A DNA stretch of 64,000 nucleotides from Thermodesulfobacteriota bacterium. Its GTDB lineage: Bacteria; Desulfobacterota_D; UBA1144; Nemesobacterales; UBA2774. The DNA lies in assembly GCA_965223335.1 (NCBI GenBank), contig OZ244991.1, positions 224,001 through 288,000 of the forward strand. The letters run 5' to 3'. Below the pieces are notes generated by a model. The model worked only from the letters and a program-made list of their open reading frames with translations. It ran no database searches and was not told where the DNA came from. The position numbers were made by a program, and so were the translations under genes. This document shows positions 53,488 through 62,425 of this stretch, piece after piece (positions within the stretch are counted from its first letter, which is position 1; each line of letters starts with the position of its first letter).

Positions 53488-54345
53488 ATGACCAAAGCCC
53501 ATAGAAACAATTTATTAAAAATTTTTATCCCGGCAATAATTATTGCGATTGGACTAATCTACTTAATCCATAACTCTAAATCTTCGTCTGATGCATCAAT
53601 AGACGGTAACCAAAAAGACTCTCAATCGCAGACTGAGGAAGTTCCGGTCTATGGATATAAGGTAATAGCTTCATACCCCCACGACCCCAGTGCCTTTACC
53701 CAAGGACTTTTCTACAGCAATGGATACCTATACGAAAGCACGGGCTTATTCGGCAGTTCAAGTCTAAGGAAAGTAGAGCTTAAGACTGGCAAAACCACAG
53801 AGATGCGCAACCTAAAACGACAGTACTTCGCCGAGGGTATAACCGAAGTAGACGACCGGATCATACAACTCACATGGCGAAGCGGGGTGGGTTTTATATA
53901 CGATGTTAACGATTTTACTCTGATAAACACCTTTCAGTACGAGGGTGAGGGATGGGGTGTTACTTACAACGGACGCAACATTATAATGAGCAACGGCAGT
54001 CACACACTAGCTTTTCTCAACCCAAACACCTACCGTGTGATAGGCACTCTAAACGTAATGGACAATGAAACTCCTGTTAAGCACCTAAACGAGCTTGAAT
54101 TCATAAACGGCGAGATATATGCGAATGTATGGAGGACCGACAAGATAGCCATTATCGACCCACACATGGGCAAAGTAAGAGCATGGATCGATCTGGAGGG
54201 GCTGCTCACCAAAACCGACAGAAGCGGTTACAAGGTCGATGTGCTAAACGGCATTGCATATAACAGCGACAGCAACACACTTTATGTTACCGGTAAAAAC
54301 TGGCCGAAATTATACGAGATTGAGGTTGTTAAAAACAACAAGTAG
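53488..54345 (+). CDS. Glutaminyl-peptide cyclotransferase (bacterial/plant type)
   Basis: YPHDPSAFTQGL, YESTG, FAEG, QLTW, EGWG, LNELE, VLNGIAY, VTGKNWP. Confidence 0.93.
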   Translation: MTKAHRNNLLKIFIPAIIIAIGLIYLIHNSKSSSDASIDGNQKDSQSQTEEVPVYGYKVIASYPHDPSAFTQGLFYSNGYLYESTGLFGSSSLRKVELKTGKTTEMRNLKRQYFAEGITEVDDRIIQLTWRSGVGFIYDVNDFTLINTFQYEGEGWGVTYNGRNIIMSNGSHTLAFLNPNTYRVIGTLNVMDNETPVKHLNELEFINGEIYANVWRTDKIAIIDPHMGKVRAWIDLEGLLTKTDRSGYKVDVLNGIAYNSDSNTLYVTGKNWPKLYEIEVVKNNK

Positions 54346-54368
54346 AAGACTCTTATATATATAGTCCA

Positions 54369-54602
54369 CTACTTTATTAGCGGTTGTTGCTCCATCTCCT
54401 CAGTCTCAAGAGGGTTTTCCATCGACTCTATCTCTTCTTCGATCTCGGGGTTGTACGGTGCGTCCTTGGGCTCCGCTCTTTCTTCCGATGTGTTTGGCTC
54501 TGCGGGCTCGGCAGGGGCCGTAACGTCGTCGTACACCTTGGCACACGAACACATCACAACAACTAAAGCGGGTATCAAAACTAATGTTAACAATTTTTTC
54601 AT
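54369..54602 (-). CDS. Small acidic lipoprotein
   Basis: GGAGG RBS before ATG 54602; MKK + hydrophobic stretch + CSC lipobox. Confidence 0.65.
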   Translation of the reverse strand: MKKLLTLVLIPALVVVMCSCAKVYDDVTAPAEPAEPNTSEERAEPKDAPYNPEIEEEIESMENPLETEEMEQQPLIK

Positions 54603-54678
54603 GACTCTTATCCTCCAACGGCCAATATTATGAACGAATTTAAGCAAATATGGTAGATTAGTTTGATATTACAGAACA

Positions 54679-54987
54679 ATGACAGCTAAGATCAGAAATA
54701 CAATCTATGGGCTATTGCTCTTTATCTGTGCCGGGGTTGCTTCACTTATAATATTTACTCTATTTGCAAGATCTGTAAGTTACGAACCCAAGCTCGTTTG
54801 GATACTATGGGTTACCTCACTATTCCCGACTGCTGTATCCGCTGTCATATCTACAGTGATCTATAACTACCTATGCGAATCCCAGAGAAGATGGGTTCAC
54901 ATCCTATGGTATTTTCTAAACCTGTCACTGATAGTAGCTTTTGCACCGTTTATTGCATATATAGTGATGAAAAGCCTATACGGTTAA
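54679..54987 (+). CDS. Hypothetical 3-TM membrane protein
   Basis: Three hydrophobic segments; fills the intergenic gap. Confidence 0.55.
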   Translation: MTAKIRNTIYGLLLFICAGVASLIIFTLFARSVSYEPKLVWILWVTSLFPTAVSAVISTVIYNYLCESQRRWVHILWYFLNLSLIVAFAPFIAYIVMKSLYG

Positions 54988-55892
54988 TGCTTAACTCCCG
55001 AGATTTGTTCCAAAGCCAGTAATAGAGCCTGGGTCCCCTTTCGCCCATGCCCCTGTGCTTTTGTAGCAACATATAGATCACGAACTATTGTGAGTCCCGG
55101 CAGTACGATATTCATCGACTCGGCTTCCTTTAACGCTATACCCATATCCTTTATAAAATGCTCTACGAAAAACCCGGGATTGAAATCCCTCTTTATCACC
55201 CTAGGGGCCAAGTTGTCTAACATCCAACAGCCCGCAGCCCCTTTGCTCACCGATTTAAGCATGGTCACAAGATCAAGGCCGGATTTGTAGCCATATAAAA
55301 GCGTTTCACACATCCCGCTCATGATACCAGCAGCCATTATCTGATTACACATCTTTGCGTGCTGCCCAGCCCCTGGTCCCCCCTGATGCACAATGTTTTT
55401 ACCCATAAGCTTTAGTAGAGGCATCACACTGCGCACGGCTTCATCATCACCCCCTACCATGATCGAGAGTGTACCGGCCTGGGCTCCTATATCCCCTCCT
55501 GACACAGGGGCATCAATTGCCTGCACACCAAGGTCCTTGGCTCTATCATATATCTCTTTCGACAACGCAGGCTCCGTAGTAGTCATATCAACTACGATGC
55601 TGCCGGGCTTAATTGTGGTTAGAATCCCCTTCTCTCCCATATAGACCTCACGCACATCTACCGGGAACCCGACTATAGTAAAAACAATGTCCGAATTCTC
55701 TGCCACTACAGCCGGTGAAGCCACCCATTCGGCACCTTGTTTTACCAAATCACGCGTTTTTCTCTTGGTCCTGTTATATACCGTTGTTTTGTAGCCTTTC
55801 TTAACAATGTGGCTGCACATTGCACTGCCCATAACCCCTGTCCCAATCCATCCGATACGTGTTTTAGACGGCCTTACTTTTGTAATGCTCAT
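54984..55892 (-). CDS. NAD(P)-dependent beta-hydroxyacid dehydrogenase (3-hydroxyisobutyrate/tartronate semialdehyde reductase family)
   Basis: IGWIGTGVMG, DAPVSGGD, KMCNQ, HFIKDM; AGGAGG RBS before ATG 55892. Confidence 0.92.
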   Translation of the reverse strand: MSITKVRPSKTRIGWIGTGVMGSAMCSHIVKKGYKTTVYNRTKRKTRDLVKQGAEWVASPAVVAENSDIVFTIVGFPVDVREVYMGEKGILTTIKPGSIVVDMTTTEPALSKEIYDRAKDLGVQAIDAPVSGGDIGAQAGTLSIMVGGDDEAVRSVMPLLKLMGKNIVHQGGPGAGQHAKMCNQIMAAGIMSGMCETLLYGYKSGLDLVTMLKSVSKGAAGCWMLDNLAPRVIKRDFNPGFFVEHFIKDMGIALKEAESMNIVLPGLTIVRDLYVATKAQGHGRKGTQALLLALEQISGVKH

Positions 55893-55928
55893 CGTTTTCC
55901 TCCTAAACAATCACATGATTTCAACAAC

Positions 55929-55957
55929 TTGCGAGTGTGATAAGGTTAAGGTAAAAT
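55929..55957 (+). promoter_or_regulatory. Sigma-70 promoter upstream of the tRNA-Arg fragment
   Basis: TTGCGA-17 nt-TAAAAT about 30 nt before the tRNA 5' end. Confidence 0.55.
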
Positions 55958-55987
55958 CGTACTAATTAAAAGCTCCAACCCAAAAAA

Positions 55988-56026
55988 GTCCCCGTAGCTC
56001 AGCAGGATAGAGCACAGGATTCCTAA
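55988..56026 (+). pseudogene. 5' half of tRNA-Arg(CCT), broken at the 3' end of the anticodon loop (probable att junction)
   Basis: GTCCCCG-TA-GCTCAGCAGGATAGAGC-A-CAGGA-TTCCTAA, then GTCGT instead of the expected TCCTG; no T-arm or 3' acceptor strand follows. Confidence 0.88.
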
Positions 56027-56119
56027 GTCGTCATAGACAATATCTCCCCTTCCAACTAGCTGTTTTTATTTAATAATTTTTTTGCAATGGTTTTGATATT
56101 TCACGTCCCAACATCACCC

Positions 56120-56141
56120 CACTAGAAAAACACTAGAAGAA
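56120..56141 (+). repeat. Tandem 11-bp direct repeat, candidate integrase arm-type sites
   Basis: CACTAGAAAAA-CACTAGAAGAA about 95 nt from the tRNA junction. Confidence 0.55.
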
Positions 56142-56286
56142 CCTGCCTACAAACCATATTCACAACTAGTTTTCCTATTATACATATCCTGACTATGATT
56201 GGAACTCCATCTTAGACCTAATTTTACATTTATGTGGTATAATCGGCTAATATGCTTTATATGATGATTCATTACATAATTGGACC

Positions 56287-57081
56287 ATGAATAATCAAAC
56301 AACAAATCCTGAATCGAGTGATTTAACTCCTAAAAAACACTTTACCGATTTAGATAAAATACAATTATGGATAGTACTTGTTGCCATTTGCTCAATTGTG
56401 TTAGTGTTTTCATTCTATTTTTATCAATTTAGGGGAGAACTTAGCAGTGATCACTCAATATGGGGACAATTCGGGGATTATGTAGCTGGATTACTCGGTC
56501 CATTTTTAAGCTTCATCGTAATAATCATTTTAGTTTATACATTGAGAGCTACCAATGAAACTCTCAGCATATCGAGAGAACAATTAAACCACTCAGAACA
56601 GATGCTAAAAACTATGAAAGATGAACTCACGATTACTAAAGAAGAACTCAAAAAATCAAGAGAAATATCTGAACAACATGTCAAACATCTGAATGACGAA
56701 GCACTTAAAAATGAATTGCATGTAGCAATGAAAGAGTATGATAGTGAATTGCAAAAATTATTTCAACAAAAAGCTAATTTTCCGCGGATGCAAGGAAGTT
56801 ATGAATACTTCTTTTCAACAATAGACGATGATGAAAGTTCACGACTGATTCCTGAAAATTCAAAAGATGTAACCGAGTTAGACAAAAAGATACTCAAAGA
56901 TTTATGTATTGTTCTATTTAAATTGCACCACTTCATGAAACACTATGACGAAATCTCACAAAATAGTGCTATTAACAAGCTGTATCTATTAAAATACAGA
57001 AATTTATATCAAAGACTTGTAGCTAAAAAATATATGGAACCCGGTAAATTGGATTTATTTGAAATTGATAAGAATGATTAA
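56287..57081 (+). CDS. Membrane protein resembling putative phage abortive-infection proteins
   Basis: Two TMs flanking WGQFGDYVAGLLGPFLSF, then a coiled coil and helical domain. Confidence 0.6.
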   Translation: MNNQTTNPESSDLTPKKHFTDLDKIQLWIVLVAICSIVLVFSFYFYQFRGELSSDHSIWGQFGDYVAGLLGPFLSFIVIIILVYTLRATNETLSISREQLNHSEQMLKTMKDELTITKEELKKSREISEQHVKHLNDEALKNELHVAMKEYDSELQKLFQQKANFPRMQGSYEYFFSTIDDDESSRLIPENSKDVTELDKKILKDLCIVLFKLHHFMKHYDEISQNSAINKLYLLKYRNLYQRLVAKKYMEPGKLDLFEIDKND

Positions 57082-57211
57082 TATACACAAGACATGAAAT
57101 AAATAATTGATGCTGATTTATATATATTGAATCATTTCAACTAGTTATAAGCAAATTCACATGGTATATTTACAAATACACAGAAGTAATCAAGAATAAC
57201 ATGAATTGCTT

Positions 57212-57688
57212 ATGAAACACGATGATCTTGTTTTAGAAAATACGATTAGCCTTAAACAATTTCCACCGAAACTGCGTAAATTAGCTAAATATTTATTACA
57301 ATCAGAGAAACCTGTCACGATTTCTCAAGCATGTAGAGAGTTAGGTTTAAACAGAGAGAGTATAGGAACATTGATGTGGCGTTCTAAGCAAAAAGGTAAT
57401 GATTTCAATGAGTTTATAAAGCAACTGGCTAATTCTTATCTAAATGCTAATAGATTAGCTGTTTATGAAAAGCTCGTGGAAGGGGCGGTGTCAAGCGCGT
57501 CTACGTCCCATAATGACAGGAAAACGTATCTACAATTGACTGGAGACATCAAAGCTACCACTGATATCAATGTGAATGTTCTTACTATTGGGGTCAATCA
57601 GGGTACAGGAAGACCAGCCGACATCCCAACAGAAAAAGGAATAGTCGATGCAGCACCACCCAGACCTGAGCAGAACAAATCTAACTAA
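57212..57688 (+). CDS. HTH protein resembling a phage terminase small subunit
   Basis: TISQACRELGLNRESI HTH; VYEKLVEGA...DRKTYLQLTG helical segment; disordered C-tail. Confidence 0.5.
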   Translation: MKHDDLVLENTISLKQFPPKLRKLAKYLLQSEKPVTISQACRELGLNRESIGTLMWRSKQKGNDFNEFIKQLANSYLNANRLAVYEKLVEGAVSSASTSHNDRKTYLQLTGDIKATTDINVNVLTIGVNQGTGRPADIPTEKGIVDAAPPRPEQNKSN

Positions 57689-57725
57689 CTGTAATTATTA
57701 TATAACCCTTAACATAAGATTATTC

Positions 57726-58133
57726 TTAACCAAGTAGTTCGTCTCGATGCTCAGCAATTCCTAAGAATACATCATAGCATTCATTCACATTAGCTATTAT
57801 TTGATTCATCTTATCTACATGATTCCTTAGATGCTCAAGATCATTGCTGTTTACACCTGTAACTGGGTCAGGAGACACGCGAATTGCTGAATCTATACCA
57901 TTTACAACAGTAAGCTTAAGGTCAGTAAGCTCACTTTCTATCTTGCGTCCGATATTGAAGATACATGTTTTTAGATCAGTATCTTCCATTATCAATCCTA
58001 TATTCTCAGGATCAGGTATTTGACTATAATCATTTTTTAATATAATCATAGCCCTTTCCATACTCTCGGCTCTGATTACATAGTTACAATAACTACCATT
58101 ATCATTCTTAACCTTTGCTAAATATATTCTCAT
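57726..58133 (-). CDS. Hypothetical protein
   Basis: AAGGGGGG RBS; 135 aa; no family recognised. Confidence 0.65.
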   Translation of the reverse strand: MRIYLAKVKNDNGSYCNYVIRAESMERAMIILKNDYSQIPDPENIGLIMEDTDLKTCIFNIGRKIESELTDLKLTVVNGIDSAIRVSPDPVTGVNSNDLEHLRNHVDKMNQIIANVNECYDVFLGIAEHRDELLG

Positions 58134-58261
58134 TTACTACCCCCCCTTATTTATGTGATTGATTCGTAGAATAACATAATTAGTTCTCGAAATGAGCACC
58201 CTAAACGTAAGAAAGTTGAATCGATTTTAACCTTAGTCTAAGTTGCAAATAACCACAAACA

Positions 58262-58290
58262 ACGTCCGATATTTTTCTATTATGTAAACT
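58262..58290 (+). other. dif-like Xer recombination site
   Basis: ACGTCCGATAT-TTTTCTA-TTATGTAAACT; right arm matches the XerD-type arm TTATGTAAACT. Confidence 0.55.
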
Positions 58291-58832
58291 AACAGAATGT
58301 AGGTTCTCTAGTTATTACAGGCGGTTACAGATTGACGTGATTTATCTAGCATTTTATCAACTATGCATATTCAATGATTACAGACAGTTATGATAATAGG
58401 GTATGACATTATCGTCATGGCTTAATGGCATATATCTACCTTTATTCAAGGGGTCACTTTGAACCCCTTCTCCTGCTATTCTAACACCCTGTTTAACAAC
58501 ATGTGTTTGGTGTACTCATATCAAGATGTACTTATACAATGAGTACTTATAGATGATCTAATATTCGGAAACATATTTCTATTTTTATTTGATTTATTTT
58601 TCTCTGCAATGTTTTGGAAATAGTCCTGTCTCTTATGAGTAGGCTTATGTAGTAGGGGGGCCAGGCGAGCATGGGGGGTGGGTGCCAGCGTCTTAGGGGT
58701 CACCTACAAACGATTAAGTCTAAAATAGTCAGGGTCCAATTCTAACGCAAGTCTCTCTATTTTATAGTTTGACATATATTGTCACCGGTGTCGCAATTTG
58801 TCACATAGCGTGGAAACGGTTATATTATTTTC

Positions 58833-59906
58833 GTGCAAAAACTGAAGTTAGTCTCTCTCCTTTCAGGCTATCTTGTTGAACTAAAAGATTCTATCCGAGA
58901 AACAAACCCTGCACTTCCCAGCACATGGCTCGTTGATGAAAATGAATTCATAGAATGGGTTTGTCGTATGGATGCCAAGATGTTGTTGAATCTTTTCGAA
59001 CTTACCGAAAGGCTGATTAGTGAAATTCTGTCCGATGATGAATGGTATATGAGAACAAAACCAATGGCCAGAGTAGATTACTCTATATCAGCTGATTTAT
59101 TGGACTCGCGCTATTTACTCACTATTGCTGATGACAAGAACTGGGACGAATTAAAAACCATTATAAACGTAGGGGGGAAAGGTTCGCCTTTATTAGCTAC
59201 CATCCTGATGCATTTCGTCCTAGGTTGGAGATTGATACTGGAACTTACCGAAAAAGAAACATTAGATCAGCTTTATGTTGTGCTTTCTGACCTATTTGTC
59301 GATGATGTTGAGAGTCGGGAATTGGCCGAAACATCACTCTACAACTTAATTGAATATGCGGAGAACACAGCTAAAAAAGAACTAAAACGGAAGGTTAGAA
59401 TTAAAATTAATAAGCTTAAGAAAGACAATAGTTCTAATAATGACTTTATTTCAGAAGATAACTCCGATGAAGAATTTATGGTAGAAATTGTTAAAGCACT
59501 AATGAGCTCATTTAAGAAATTCCCAACTATTAAAGACAAAATCATAGCTGCAGCTGAAGGGGATAAAGGGATAAAGTATGTCCCCAAACGAATCGCTGAT
59601 CGCTATAAATCCCATCTTGGAAAACCAAGCGAAAAGATGAATGACATCTCACTAGACTCAAATACACAACAAAACACACCGGAATATCAAATAGAATATA
59701 AAAACACCCCCTTTCTGTTATATGAAGAGTTTTCAATCGGTAAAGAATTTAAAGACAAAATCAATAAAATGGACCCAACAGATCAGCAGATTTTAAATAT
59801 GAAGAAAGACGGATACACAATAAGAGAGATATCGGCAGAATTGTCAATTTCAAAAAGCACAGTGAGTGACAGACTGAAAGTAGCACGCAAAATCCTAACT
59901 TCTTAA
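58833..59906 (+). CDS. Protein with C-terminal sigma-70 region-4-like HTH
   Basis: C-terminal MDPTDQQILNMKKDGYTIREISAELSISKSTVSDRLKVARKIL; start uncertain. Confidence 0.7.
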   Translation: MQKLKLVSLLSGYLVELKDSIRETNPALPSTWLVDENEFIEWVCRMDAKMLLNLFELTERLISEILSDDEWYMRTKPMARVDYSISADLLDSRYLLTIADDKNWDELKTIINVGGKGSPLLATILMHFVLGWRLILELTEKETLDQLYVVLSDLFVDDVESRELAETSLYNLIEYAENTAKKELKRKVRIKINKLKKDNSSNNDFISEDNSDEEFMVEIVKALMSSFKKFPTIKDKIIAAAEGDKGIKYVPKRIADRYKSHLGKPSEKMNDISLDSNTQQNTPEYQIEYKNTPFLLYEEFSIGKEFKDKINKMDPTDQQILNMKKDGYTIREISAELSISKSTVSDRLKVARKILTS

Positions 59907-60031
59907 ATTCCACCCTTATTCTTTTCCAACTTTAACACACCTTAAGTGGTCAATTTGTTCTTTTGACCACTTTTTTTTCAATTTCAAAAATAAATCCGGA
60001 CAAATCGTAATCTGCAGCGGATATATAGGTT

Positions 60032-60259
60032 ATGGATAAATCCAGAGTCATATTCATGGCTAGTCCGCGTATAGGTTTGACTGTCACTTCTGAAGGTGTA
60101 GAGCAAGTTTTAATCCTAACAGACGGTGGTGAGCATTTAGATCGTACTGCCGGATTCTCACTTTGCTCTTTCTTGGACAGCGAAATAAAAGAGTTTGACA
60201 AAGCGATCAAGAGCAAGCTCAACAAGCTCAGAAGAAATAAAATCGGAATTGTGCAGTAG
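60032..60259 (+). CDS. Small hypothetical protein
   Basis: 75-aa ORF co-oriented between the sigma-like gene and the nuclease gene. Confidence 0.45.
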   Translation: MDKSRVIFMASPRIGLTVTSEGVEQVLILTDGGEHLDRTAGFSLCSFLDSEIKEFDKAIKSKLNKLRRNKIGIVQ

Positions 60260-60266
60260 GTAGGCG

Positions 60267-60296
60267 AAAAATAAAAAGCCCGCTCATAGGCGGGCT
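60267..60296 (-). terminator. Intrinsic terminator on the antisense strand upstream of the nuclease-rep pair
   Basis: AGCCCGC-TCATAG-GCGGGCT hairpin (60277-60296) preceded by AAAAATAAAA, i.e. a U-tract on the minus strand. Confidence 0.6.
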
Positions 60297-60320
60297 GTGT
60301 GCAAAAACTGAATAATATCA

Positions 60321-61055
60321 ATGTGTAAAGTCAGTATACCACGTCCTAAAAATAATAAAAGTGCCGATCGCACTCCAAATAAAAACGGGCTAACATCCCG
60401 TTTTCCTGACGGACTACATAAAGACCATACACACCCCAATTCGCGTAATAGAGATTTCGAATTCCGGTTGCAAAAGGGCCTGCGGCAAGAACAATCTGCA
60501 AAAGAGTATTTCAAAGAGAATTTCGATCTAGATCTCGAAATATTTGGAGTCGGCCGAGAACCGAAGGAAGTGAAAGAGCAGGTTTCAAAACTGCATGACA
60601 ACAGTACTAAGTTTCTTCGCCATCTCCCAGATACTTACTGTGTCATTTCGGATATTGGAACCATTTATGTTGAAGTTAAACATGCACTTAAGAAAACCGG
60701 TAATTTCTCCATAAACTTAGACGAGTTCAACACACAAAACCTTCTACACCAATATCTCGGAGTGAGAATTTTATTTGCTTTTGCACCTTCTGAATCCGAT
60801 AGATTTTGGCGCGGAGACTGGATTCAGAATCTAGACATTAAAACTAGAGCTATAAGAAATAAAGAAGTGCTGGAGAACTTTAATGGTTCTAGGAAACCTT
60901 GCACCCTGATTGAGAAAAAATCCCTGCCCCACCTTGATGATGTAGTGCACAAACTCTTAAATAAACACGAGACAGATGCAAAACTGCAGACTTTTCCAAC
61001 CAATTGGCCAACAGCCTGCCAGAAAATTAGAGCACATAAGGACTTGCAAAAATGA
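60321..61055 (+). CDS. PD-(D/E)XK family nuclease
   Basis: GLRQEQ...LRHLPDTY...IYVEVKH catalytic pattern; stop overlaps the rep start (ATGA). Confidence 0.7.
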   Translation: MCKVSIPRPKNNKSADRTPNKNGLTSRFPDGLHKDHTHPNSRNRDFEFRLQKGLRQEQSAKEYFKENFDLDLEIFGVGREPKEVKEQVSKLHDNSTKFLRHLPDTYCVISDIGTIYVEVKHALKKTGNFSINLDEFNTQNLLHQYLGVRILFAFAPSESDRFWRGDWIQNLDIKTRAIRNKEVLENFNGSRKPCTLIEKKSLPHLDDVVHKLLNKHETDAKLQTFPTNWPTACQKIRAHKDLQK

Positions 61056-62266
61056 CACCAGGCCTTTTCCCCGAATTTTTGAATCTTCACTATCGCAATA
61101 TAGATAAGAATTTTTACTTCGCAAATCTGATAGAACTAGATGGAAAATCCATTTGTAAAATATATCCAACCAGAACAGGCGCGTGGAAAGGTCGCAACAT
61201 ATCAGAGATTGCAACATACCTTGGTGTGGGGCTGTTGAATGACAAGAGCAAAAGAAGGACGCGAGACAACATAAGCCATGTTATGTGTTGCTTTGTGGAT
61301 CTAGATGGATGCACAACCTTGGATGCTGTAAAATTTAGAATCCAAGGGGCAGGACTTCCAAAACCAACTATTATAGAAACTAGTCCGGGTAGATTCCATG
61401 TAAAATCCTATCTACGAGTCCCAGTAAGGACTTCGGGCAAAGAGTTCCAATTTTGGAAGAAGACTCAAAGCGCATATACCTGGGCATTTAAGGATTTAGG
61501 GGCCGACCTAAATATACAACACGATACGACACGAATCCTTAGAAACGAATTCGCAACCGAGATATATAACGAAAAACACAGGGAAAGGCATTTGGTTAAA
61601 GTGCACCAGGTAGGAGAGCCTGTTAGTCTTAGTGACATTTATACACCCCTTTGCGATGCGGGATACATAGAAGAGAGAAAATGTACCCCATGGCATATTT
61701 CAGAAAAAAAGTTGCGAATGTTCTTCATGCAAAACCCCGAATGGTCAGGAACTCAAAAAGAACTATCTCAGCTAACTGGCATACCACTTAGAACTGTAAA
61801 AGCCCTTCTTTACAAGATGAGAAAAGCAGAACTATTCGATGAAACAATTATAGGAAAGGGGGAAAATAGGCACATCAAGTACAGATTCAAGCCATACTTT
61901 ATGAGATACACCCCCCCTACAAACTTTAAAGGGCATGAAAAAAGATTAGACTTAGTTAAACAGTTAGGGGGGCAGGAGTGTAATAAGGCTAGTAGAGCAA
62001 TTTTGAAGTACATAAACGAAAAAATCCCCCCAGGAAGTAGAAACAACGCTACTTTTGTAGCCGGAGTCGGCTTATTAGAACTTTCTCAGGGGAGAATTAC
62101 GGAAAGTGAAGCGATTAGTACGTTAAAACCAGGTTTTGATCTATCCAATACAAATGACAGTAGCTTTACCTGGAGTCAATTTTGCGCAACTATACGCTCC
62201 GCCCTTAAGCCAGGTCGCGAATTCCGCTTCAAAGAATCAGCTCTAAGAGCATGGAGCCTAATATGA
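61052..62266 (+). CDS. Replication protein: RepB-type AEP primase domain + HTH + PriCT-like C-terminus
   Basis: CFVDLD, PTIIETSPGRFH, DTTRILR; QKELSQLTGIPLRTV HTH; PGSRNNATF. Confidence 0.75.
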   Translation: MTPGLFPEFLNLHYRNIDKNFYFANLIELDGKSICKIYPTRTGAWKGRNISEIATYLGVGLLNDKSKRRTRDNISHVMCCFVDLDGCTTLDAVKFRIQGAGLPKPTIIETSPGRFHVKSYLRVPVRTSGKEFQFWKKTQSAYTWAFKDLGADLNIQHDTTRILRNEFATEIYNEKHRERHLVKVHQVGEPVSLSDIYTPLCDAGYIEERKCTPWHISEKKLRMFFMQNPEWSGTQKELSQLTGIPLRTVKALLYKMRKAELFDETIIGKGENRHIKYRFKPYFMRYTPPTNFKGHEKRLDLVKQLGGQECNKASRAILKYINEKIPPGSRNNATFVAGVGLLELSQGRITESEAISTLKPGFDLSNTNDSSFTWSQFCATIRSALKPGREFRFKESALRAWSLI

Positions 62267-62425
62267 CACACAAAAACACCCCTGCAACACAACATGACAG
62301 CTATAAAAGCCGTTCATACGCCATAACAAACTACAAGTACGTATATTTTGACCTGTTCAAAGAGTATAGAACAGTTATGTGGCAACGTGCTTATATATAA
62401 CAAACAACCTACAAATTGATCTATT

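Noticed and set aside
5602..55940. Many short ORFs antisense to or overlapping housekeeping genes
   Set aside because: They are nested in well-supported genes and have no recognisable motifs.
56025..56290. Group I intron in tRNA-Arg(CCT), a known intron site in some proteobacteria
   Set aside because: No recognisable group I core elements and no 3' exon within the following kilobases; a protein-coding gene follows instead. An Infernal scan would settle it.
58262..58290. The chromosomal dif / replication terminus
   Set aside because: The site lies inside a mobile element and has an imperfect left arm and spacer. A genome-wide GC-skew analysis would be needed to support it.
58521..58703. 60-aa minus-strand ORF across the G-rich tract
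   Set aside because: No RBS or recognisable protein features; probably non-coding.
59950..60601. Minus-strand ORFs 59950-60321 and 60284-60601
   Set aside because: They overlap better-supported plus-strand genes and a terminator hairpin.
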